Assembly: GCA_052327205.1 (NCBI GenBank)
Contig: CM126207.1
Coordinates: 40,114,001-40,178,000 of the forward strand
DNA length: 64,000 nt
Reading direction: 5' to 3'
Origin: Somniosus microcephalus
Taxonomy: Eukaryota
This document shows, in pieces, positions 57,701 to 64,000 of this stretch (positions are counted from its first letter, which is position 1; each line of letters opens with the position of its first letter). A program made the position numbers and the translations under genes. The notes under the pieces are model-generated. The model was given only the letters and a program-made list of their open reading frames with translations, made no database searches and was not told where the DNA came from.

Positions 57701-59335
57701 CCACGATATTTGATGCAAGCTATCACATTAATTAAACTTTGAGCTTCTTATCAGAGTTATCTCTTTTCAGATTAATTATATCCATGATTAGAGAGTAAAA
57801 GAATGTGGCTGGATTAGTGAGTTTTTAAATGGTAGTAGGCATAAAATCTGGAGTCAACAAGTGACCGTAAATGATGTGGGAAGAAGCACAGTCACATCTG
57901 TGGATTGTGAATTTGAAACCATTCTGTGAGTGAGGAAAATGCGATTGGAACTTTTGATACATGTCGAAGGAATCAAAGATGTTGATGGTTCTGCTGATGT
58001 GCTTAACAGTGATGGCTCAACTGGTGCTTTGGCAATAGAAATGTAACATTATTAACAGACATGGAACTGTGAAGGCACAAATGGCATTTACTCTTTTGAA
58101 AAAATTGTTTACAATGGTCAAGGTAAGACTAGTGTCTGTTGCTTGATTGAGAAATTATTTATCAGCGGGAAGGTTGAACATTGACATTTGGGATGGCATT
58201 GTGGATACCTGTTGTTTCACTTGTTGAGGCTAAAGTGGTTGAAGAAGCAGGTACAGTTGTAGATTGATCTGTTGATGTGCTTTGTTCTGATGTTGGAGAT
58301 ATTGATGATGTAGCTGTTGATGTTAAAAGAGATGTCAGTGAAAGAAAGCTAAATTTAATGAAATGAATTAAAAACATAATCGACATGAAAATGGTGGGTT
58401 GCTTTGATATTTATTATCAGAGTGCTCATGATGTCAATATGGAGCACTATGCATTAAATTGCAAGTATACTGCTGCAGGAGATTTTTCTTATACAAAGTT
58501 TACCATTACAGAGATTATCAATTTCACTAGTTTAAAGTCATTATTAATTTTTCGAATCACCAGCTCTGGACAGCAGCAATGGCATTTAGATTTATGAAAG
58601 AAAGTATTATCAACATTAATAATTGGTCCCTTCTATGATCTTGGATTTCTAGGTTGCAATAGATTATACCTGTTGATGCTGGTGATGTTGCCGTGGATGA
58701 GATCAGAGTTGTAGTTGCTTCTGTTGACGTGCTTCCTTCTGAGGTTTGAGATGATGTCGAAGCTGCTAATATGTATAGAAATGTCAGTAAAACAGGGCAA
58801 AGCTCTTCTAGATACCATCATAAATAGTGCAAACTGACCAACAAAGCTAATGAGCTGAACTCAAACAATTTGATTACAGTTGTGTTGGTACGAATAATAA
58901 TTATACAATTGTGTAATTTGGGACTGAAGTGAATGAGTTGCTTCTATTTTCCCACTGAAAGTGCCCCCATGATATTTGATGCAAGCTCTCACATTAATTA
59001 AACTTTGAGCTTCTTATCAGAGTTATCTCTTTTCAGATGAATTATATCCATGATTAGAGAGTAAAAGAATGTGGCAGGATTAGTGAGTTTTTAAAATATA
59101 CTAGGCATAAAAGCTGAAGTCAACAAGTGACTGTACATGAAAAAGTTGTTTACAATGGTCAAGGTAAGACTAATGTCTGTTGCTTGATTGAAAATTATGA
59201 ATCAGCGGGATATTTCAACGTTGACAATTAGGATCGCAGTGTGCATACCTGTTTCATTGGTCGAAGAAGCAGTTACAGTTGTAGATGGATCTGTTGATAT
59301 GCTTTGTTCTGATATTGGAGATGTTGATGATGTAG
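625..59335 (-). CDS. Partial spliced gene: mucin-like Ser/Thr/Pro-rich (PTS) domain built from a repeated exon pair B+A; 5' and 3' parts lie outside the window
   Basis: Exon A (105 nt) low coordinates: 625,1950,3261,4569,5895,7206,8514,9840,11151,12452,13763,15089,16397,17708,19016,20325,21634,22935,24246,25557,26866,28174,29483,30794,32102,33413,34721,36032,37340,38648,39959,41267,42575,43886,45194,46502,47813,49121,55593,56902(102 nt),58209,59249(87 nt). Exon B (93 nt) low coordinates: 1129,2457,3765,5074,6402,7710,9019,10347,11655,12959,14268,15593,16904,18212,19521,20830,22138,23442,24753,26062,27370,28679,29990,31298,32609,33917,35228,36536,37844,39155,40463,41771,43082,44390,45698,47009,48317,54789,56099,57405,58670. 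All are phase 1-1 and AG/GT flanked, with no in-frame stop seen. Spliced unit: ASTSAGTSEGSTSTEATTTLISSTATSPAST-ATSSTSPTSEQSTSTDPSTTVPASSTTLASTSETT. Confidence 0.8.
1129..1221 (-). CDS. Exon B, representative copy (unit 1), 93 nt (96 nt if the upstream TAG of TAGCAG is used), phase 1-1
   Basis: Minus strand: tttaCTGACatttctatacatatTAGCAG|TT TTG ACA TCA TCT GTA ACC TCA GAA GGA ... GCA TCA ACA G|GTataa. Translates to (V)LTSSVTSEGSTSTEATTTLISSTATSPAST. Confidence 0.85.
49566..49765 (+). repeat. 5' LTR (200 bp)
   Basis: TGTAGT...TAACA with a TATATAA box and an AGTAAA polyA-like signal. Four mismatches to the 3' LTR by manual alignment. Confidence 0.97.
49767..49776 (+). promoter_or_regulatory. 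Primer binding site, probably tRNA-Ser(GCU)
   Basis: TGGCGACGAG lies 1 nt after the 5' LTR and is complementary to ...CUCGUCGCCA, the 3' end of vertebrate tRNA-Ser(GCU) as recalled. Confidence 0.8.
50232..50467 (+). repeat. 39-bp tandem repeat in the Gypsy 5' leader
   Basis: GGGAGACGCCATTGAGCCGCGGAGAAGCAGGGAGAGCGC-type units start at 50232, 50271, 50310 and 50349, with degenerate copies near 50414 and 50456. Confidence 0.85.
50494..54437 (+). pseudogene. gag-pol polyprotein of the Gypsy element, with a premature stop and a frameshift
   Basis: Gag begins MPKSGSISTFDNEVEDW, with an in-frame TGA at 50656-50658. It has two CCHC knuckles (CYRCGRTTHDQKDC, CRQCGKAGHIARIC) and protease LDTGS. A 1-bp deletion at ~52052-52054 breaks RT; restoring it gives IEDIFASLSGGKRFTKIDLAQAY. 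Downstream are RT YLDD, RNase H CDAS, and integrase HIDFAG/SDNG/AERFV, with the HHCC second His replaced by Tyr. Confidence 0.93.
54511..54523 (+). promoter_or_regulatory. Polypurine tract
   Basis: AAAAAGGGAGGAA immediately upstream of the 3' LTR. Confidence 0.9.
54525..54724 (+). repeat. 3' LTR (200 bp)
   Basis: Direct repeat of 49566-49765. Confidence 0.97.
59249..59335 (-). CDS. Exon A, most upstream copy, 87 nt (in-frame, 18 nt shorter)
   Basis: AG|CT ACA TCA ... TCT TCG ACC AAT GAA ACA G|GTatgc. Frame and both splice sites are kept despite divergence. Confidence 0.75.
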
Positions 59336-59655
59336 CTGTTGATGTTAAAAGAGATGTCAGTGAAAGAAAGCAATGCTCCTGCTGATTGCAGCATAAAGCA
59401 CATCAAATGAGGAAGGTAAATTTAATGAAACGAATTAAAAACATGATCGACGTGAAAATGTTGTGTTATTTTGATACTTATTCTGAGAGTGTTCTTGATC
59501 TTAATTGTATTAAATTGCATGTACGCTGTTACTGGAGATTTTTCTTATACAAAGTTTACCATTATGGAGATTATCAATTTCTCTGATTTAATGTCATTAT
59601 TTACTTTTTGAGGCATCAGCTCTGGACAGCAGTGGTGGCATTTATTTTTATGAAA

Positions 59656-60117
59656 TAGGATGGCGGGACTGTCGTATGAGAAGAGATTGAGTAAAATAGG
59701 CCTGTATTGTATTAAAATCAGAAGAATGAAAGGGGATCTCATTGAAGCATGCAAAATTATTACAGGGCTTGATAGGGTGGGTGCTGGGAGAATGTTTCCC
59801 TTGGCTGGGGAATCTAGAGCCACGGGCCACAGCCTCAGGATAAAGGGTAGTCCATTCAGGACTGAGATGAGAAGAAATTTCTTCACACAGAGGGTGGTGA
59901 ATCTTTGGAATTCTCTACCCCAGAGGGCTATGGAGGCTCAGTCATTGGGTATATTCAAAACAGAAGTCAATAAATTTCTGACTAGTAAGAGCATCAAGGG
60001 ATATGGCGATAGGGTCAGTGAATGGAGTTGAGGCAGAAGATCAGCCAAGATCTTATTGAATGGCGGAACAGGCTCGAAGGGCCGAATGGCCTACTCTTGC
60101 TCCTATTTCTTATGTTC
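59656..60117 (+). mobile_element. 5'-truncated CR1-type LINE (ORF2 C-terminus, 3' UTR and tail)
   Basis: ORF 59660-60031 (GLSYEKRLSKIGLY...RRMKGDLIE...FFTQRVVNLWNSLP) is typical of the CR1 ORF2 end. The tail is TTCTTATGTTCTTATG. A flanking duplication TTATGAAA (59648-59655 and 60118-60125) overlaps the tail. Confidence 0.92.
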
Positions 60118-60195
60118 TTATGAAAGAAAGTATTATCAACATTAGTAATTTTTCCTTTCTATGATCTTGGGTTTCTAGATTGCAATAAATTATTC

Positions 60196-60288
60196 CTGTC
60201 GATGCTGGTGATGTTGCTGTGGATGAGATCAGAGTTGTATTTGCTGCTGTTCAAGTGCTTCCTTCGGAGGTTCCAGATGAAGTTGAAG
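60196..60288 (-). pseudogene. Dead terminal copy of exon B (pseudo-exon)
   Basis: In-frame TGA at 60251-60253 (TCA>TGA), and the donor is mutated from GT to GA (position 60194). Confidence 0.8.
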
Positions 60289-60391
60289 CTGCTAGTATGT
60301 ATAGAAATGTCAGTAAAATAGGGCAAGGCTCTTCTAAATATCATCATAAATAGTACAAACTGACCAACAAAGCTAATGAGCTGGACTCAAA

Positions 60392-61155
60392 GGGGGAAAA
60401 AATTCAGTTGGTTGCGCCTCCCGTTAGTGCCTTAAGAGGGCACTAACGGGACGCAAAGCAACCAGAGCCCGGGCGTGGCACTGCCCGCGCCTCCCGCAAA
60501 ATTCAGCGGGAGGTTAGTGGTTGCGCTAACCAGTAGCGCCCTGCGGCGCTGCGCCACTGGCAATGATGTCATTGGCGTGCGCAGCGCCCCGCTCACGCCC
60601 TGGCCACGATCTTCGGGAGCGCCCCCTGACTTACCACCGGACGCTATGTCCGATGGGGTCAGGGGGGCGTATCTGCAGCCGGGGAGGCGCAATTTAAAGG
60701 TGAGGTGCGGGGCGGCCATTTCTGTTGCTGGCCGCCTGCCAGCACCTGCCTGCACTCCCGTCCCAGACCTCCTGAAACGCCCCCCCCCCGCGGAGTGCTG
60801 GCTGCGCTCCAAGAGCCCGGCACTTCTCTTGAGTGCCGGGCTCTTTTGCCTGCACTCCCGATCCCCGGGGGCCCAGCTGGGCCCCAGGTTGCGCTGCAGA
60901 AGGCCCCTCCCCTTTAAGAAGGGGAGGAAGGCTTGCAATACCGCAGCGCGATGTGCCGCAGCGTGTGGCGCTGCGGCACATAACGCCGCAATATTGACTC
61001 ACAGTGCCTCAAGAGGGATGCGGGGCGCTTCCAGTAGCGCCCCACTTCCCTCTTGGGGCGCAACCACTCAATTTCCGGTGCAGGGATGCTAATTTTTCCG
61101 GGGCGCTACTTTTAACGCCCCGGCAAAGGTAGGGGCGCTACTCAATTTTTAGCCC
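60392..61155. mobile_element. Non-autonomous PIF/Harbinger-like DNA transposon (764 bp)
   Basis: GC-rich insert splitting the unit sequence ctc-aaa-ca. It has a 3-bp TSD AAA (60389-60391 and 61156-61158), imperfect TIRs GGGGGAAAAAATT / AATTTTTAGCCC, and many TAGCGCC/GGCGCTA motifs shared with the next element. Confidence 0.8.
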
Positions 61156-61730
61156 AAACAGTTTGATTACATCTGTGTTCGTGAGAATAATGATTATGCA
61201 ATTGTGTAATTTGGAACTAGAGTCATAGGGGGAGAAATTCGGTTGTTAGCGCCACCGATTATTGCCTAAAGAGGCTGAGAAGTGGGGCGTTAGCCAATTT
61301 CCAGGCGGGCGCAGGGCCCCTAGCACCTCGCCCCATATTCAGCATGCATTTTGTGCCGGCAGCGCCCGCTCATGGGCGCAGGCTGATTATGACGTCATTT
61401 GAGTGTGCAAACGCCTTTTGGGCGCCCCGGACCGGAAATTCAGTGGCGCCCCCCTCCGTAGCACCTGGCGCTAATAGTGACAGCTTACCTGGAACCTTAC
61501 CAAGTCGCTCTCAGGCTGGAGGAGCGTTATTTAAAGGGGACTGGTGTGGTTTAAAAGCGGCAGCCATTTTTGGAGCACAACTTCCTCGAGAGCTACAAAG
61601 AGTTGCTGAGCTGCACACTGAGAGCCATTTGACCACTGAGCCAGCGCAGGCAGATGATCTTCAGCCTTCTGACCATCACCTTGCTGTTGGTGAGCCTTGA
61701 CAACGGGGAACCTTCCTGTGGGCACTTATT

Positions 61731-62105
61731 ATGGGGGCTGCATTGGAGGGGAACGTCCTGCTGCTGAATCATCTGGAAAGGGCACTGAGACGCTGGGAGA
61801 GGGGGGCGGGCATGGCCAGACGGAGGAGGGCCAACAGACGTCGCCACAGCAGACCTTACGCTGGCAGGGTTTTCCAACAGCAGTTTTCCTACATGAACAT
61901 GCCGGAGGAGCAGTGTGTCAGAAGGCTGCGATTTAGAAAGGAGGTGGTGACTGAGCTGTGCCAGCTGCTTCAGCCAGATCTGCAGCCTCAGATAAGGTGC
62001 AGGACATCTCTGTCGGTGGCTGAGAAGATGCCCGCTGGCCTGAACTTCTACGCGAGCGGCTCTTCTCAGGCGGCGCGTCAGAGGCTGATCAGAAGTAGCT
62101 TCTAG
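61731..62105 (+). pseudogene. Harbinger transposase (HARBI1-like) N-terminal fragment
   Basis: RVFQQQFSYMNMPEEQCVRRLRFRKEVVTELCQLLQPDLQP...LSVAEKMPAGLNFYASGSSQ resembles the Harbinger transposase N-terminal helical region. The DDE core is missing. Confidence 0.8.
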
Positions 62106-62347
62106 GCCCCTCTCACGGAATGCTTGCTGCCATTCCAAGAACAGGAATGGAACTGGTCTGGTACCCCCAAGCCTGTGAAGGGCAAGATGCATGTAAATAG
62201 CAGGCATGACCATTGTAAATGAAGAAAGTGTTTCATTACACAAAATGTGGTTCCTTCAAACATGAGAAAGCTATGGCAACAGAAAGCAAAACTAATACAC
62301 TGACACATAACTGACTCTCACACCCGGGAGACTGTCCAAAGCATAAA

Positions 62348-62449
62348 TCACATTCCGACCATCTTCCTTGGCCTTGATTCCACTGCGCCAACCAAAGCAT
62401 CCAATGCCCCATCAGTGAGGCGTTCCGCCCTCTGCCTCACCCTTTCCAT
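62348..62449 (-). pseudogene. Remnant of the Harbinger Myb/SANT-like accessory gene
   Basis: Manual translation MERVRQRAERLTDGALDALVGAVESRPRKMVGM* resembles the R-x-R-A-P-R-F-S-D-x-x-L-E-x-L-V start of Harbinger Myb/SANT-like proteins. Confidence 0.6.
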
Positions 62450-63611
62450 GTCTTGCTAGGCTGCTGCGCCACAGGTAAGCTCCCACCGCTTTGAAGGCCT
62501 ACAAGGCAGTGAGTGTGTCTGGTGATGCCAATTGACCTGCCCCTTTAAGAGCTGGCCAGTGCCAGTGTATCTCAGGGAAAGTGATTATTGACAGCACCGT
62601 CGCTGCGCCCTGCCGCCGCAAAATTGGGTTGCGCCACCGGGTTAGCGCCTTAAGAGTAGCGTGCAACGCCTGATTTAGCGCCGCAATCACCTTTACGGGT
62701 GCTGCAACCCAATATCGCGCTAGGTGGCGCTAAATTGCGCCTGGCGCTAAACTTTGCGCATCGCCAGGACTAGCGCCCCAAACGCGGCTATACCGAATTT
62801 CTAGGCCTTAGAGTTATACAGCACAGAAAGAGGCACTTCGGCCCATCGTATCTGTGCCAGCCATCAAGCCCTGTCTATTCTAATCCCATTTTCCAGCACT
62901 TGGTCCGTAGCCTTGTATGCTATGGCATTTCAAGTGCTCATCTAAATGCTTCTTGAATGTTGTGAGGGTTCCTGCCTCTACCACCCTTTCAGGCAGTGAG
63001 TTCCAGATTCCAACCACCCTCTGGGTGAAAAAGTTTTACCTCAAATCCCCTCTAAATCTCCTGCCCCTTACCTTGAAACTCTGCCCCCTGGTTATTGACC
63101 CCTCTACTAAGGGGAAAAGTTCCTTTCTATCTACCCTATCTATGCCCCTCATAATTTTGTACACCTCAATCAGGTCCCCCCTCAGCCTTCTCTGCTCCAA
63201 GGAAAACAACCCCAGCCTGTCCAGTCTCTCTTCATAGCTGAAGTGCTGCAGCCCAGGTAACATCCTGGTGAATCTCCTCTGCACCCTCTCCAATGCAATC
63301 ACATCCTTCCTATAGTGTGGAGACCAGAACTGCACACAGTATTCCAGCTGTGGCCTAACTAGCGTTTTGTACAGCTCCTTCATAACCTCCCTGCTCTTAT
63401 ATTCTATGCCTCGGCTAATGAAGGCAAGTATCCCATATGCCTTTTTAACCACCTTATCTACCGGTCCTGCTGCCTTCAGGGATCTATGTACATGCACACC
63501 AAGGTCCGTCTGATCCTCTGTCCTTCCTCGGGTCTTACCATTCATTGTGTATTCCCTGGCTTTGTTAGTCCTCTGAAGTGAATGAGATGCTTTTCTTTTC
63601 CCATGAAATTG

Positions 63612-63840
63612 ATCGGGGTTCGTGGGGGATGGTCGGGGATCGCGGTAGGTTCGGGGTTCGTGGGGTGTTCGGGGTTTGCTTGTGATTCATGGGGGGTTCG
63701 GGGTTCGCAGGGGGTTCGGGTTCCCGAGGGGTTCGGGGTTCGCGGGGCGTTCGGGGTTCACGGGGGGTTCGGGGTTCGCGGGGGGTTCGGGGATCGCTGG
63801 GGGTTCGGGGTTCACGGGGGGGCCAGTGATCGGGCGGGGG
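63612..63840. repeat. G-rich minisatellite built from GGGGTTCG (~18-bp period)
   Basis: Repeated GGGGTTCGGGGTTC(A/G)CGG units. Confidence 0.85.
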
Positions 63841-64000
63841 CGTAGGATCGGCAGGAGGTGGAAAGGATCGGAGCTGGCCTCATCATTGTTCTAGGGGTTG
63901 CCTGGTGGAGGCTGGGGGGGAGGCCTGGGAAGGTGATCGGAGGCCCCGTGGGGTCTCCGATCGCGGAGTTGGGTTAGGTAGAGACCCTGGATCCAGGAGG

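Larger units (their letters stand above)
1..60391. repeat. Tandem array of a ~1,308-1,311 bp unit (42 units; variants of 1,301 and 1,325-1,326 bp), truncated by the left window edge
   Basis: The same ORF set recurs at ~1.31-kb spacing (597, 1922, 3233 ... 49093, 55565, 56868, ~58180, ~59220). Units are near-identical by eye. Unit remnants continue at 61156-61218 and 63573-63603 between transposon insertions. Confidence 0.98.
61228..62807 (+). mobile_element. Internally deleted PIF/Harbinger transposon nested in a CR1 tail
   Basis: TIRs GGGGGAGAAATTCGG / CCGAATTTCTAGGCC. The 3-bp TSD reads ATA/TTA, or TAG if the ends are shifted by 1 nt. It carries transposase and Myb/SANT-like remnants in convergent orientation. 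Confidence 0.85.
61219..63572 (-). mobile_element. 5'-truncated CR1-type LINE (body 62808-63572, tail end 61219-61227), split by the Harbinger element
   Basis: ORF 63036-63545 (DLGVHVHRSLK...YKTLVRPQLEYCVQFWSP...LEQRRLRGDLIEVYKI) is CR1 ORF2. The tail AGAGTCATA|GAGTTATA rejoins when the Harbinger is removed, and the host unit ggaact|gaagtgaatgag rejoins across the LINE. Confidence 0.92.

Noticed and set aside
625-59335. Assigning a specific gene symbol (e.g. MUC2, MUC5AC, MUC19)
   Set aside because: Only low-complexity PTS exons are in the window. No diagnostic domain is visible, so orthology cannot be called.
377-59586. Repeated 60-115 aa ORFs (MKQQVST..., MTFGMAL..., MMVSRRAL..., MQHKASQ..., MSKESK...) as a tandem small-protein family
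   Set aside because: They are antisense or off-frame readings over the exons and introns. Many use non-ATG starts, and they gain or lose stops and frameshifts freely between units, while the spliced Ser/Thr frame is preserved.
1-60391. CRISPR array or other prokaryotic repeat system
   Set aside because: The units are 1.3 kb with no unique spacers and no cas genes, and the context (CR1, Gypsy, Harbinger, spliceosomal signals) is eukaryotic.
1-60391. 5S rDNA, tRNA, snRNA or histone tandem cluster, or plain non-coding satellite
   Set aside because: I recognised no such gene in the unit, and the conserved splice signals with in-frame exonic indels argue against a purely non-coding satellite.
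60432-62243. GC-rich ORFs (168, 205, 102, 118, 216 aa) as host genes or a CpG-island promoter of the mucin-like gene
   Set aside because: They lie wholly inside TIR/TSD-bounded Harbinger-like elements, and the 216-aa ORF is antisense to the transposase fragment.
63582-63894. Gly-rich protein ORFs
   Set aside because: They are translations of the GGGGTTCG minisatellite.

Overview
Eukaryotic, vertebrate-type DNA. The CR1 LINE tails and Harbinger elements suggest a cartilaginous fish (inference). About 60 kb is a tandem array of a ~1.31-kb unit, 42 units, entering from the left edge and decaying at ~60.4-63.6 kb. The short repeated ORFs in the track are off-frame artefacts. On the minus strand each unit carries two small phase-1/phase-1 exons with canonical AG/GT sites and CTGAC branch points (exon B 93 nt, exon A 105 nt). 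Spliced, they encode a 66-aa, ~64% Ser/Thr mucin-type (PTS) repeat, and a third 66-nt exon-like segment (C) is intact in some units and broken in others. The array therefore looks like a giant multi-exon mucin domain of roughly 2,700 aa within this window; the rest of the gene lies outside it. It is interrupted by a full-length but mutated Mag-type Gypsy LTR retrotransposon (49566-54724) and a CR1 fragment. It ends in a pile-up of Harbinger and CR1 elements and a G-rich minisatellite. All analysis was by eye; no database searches were run.
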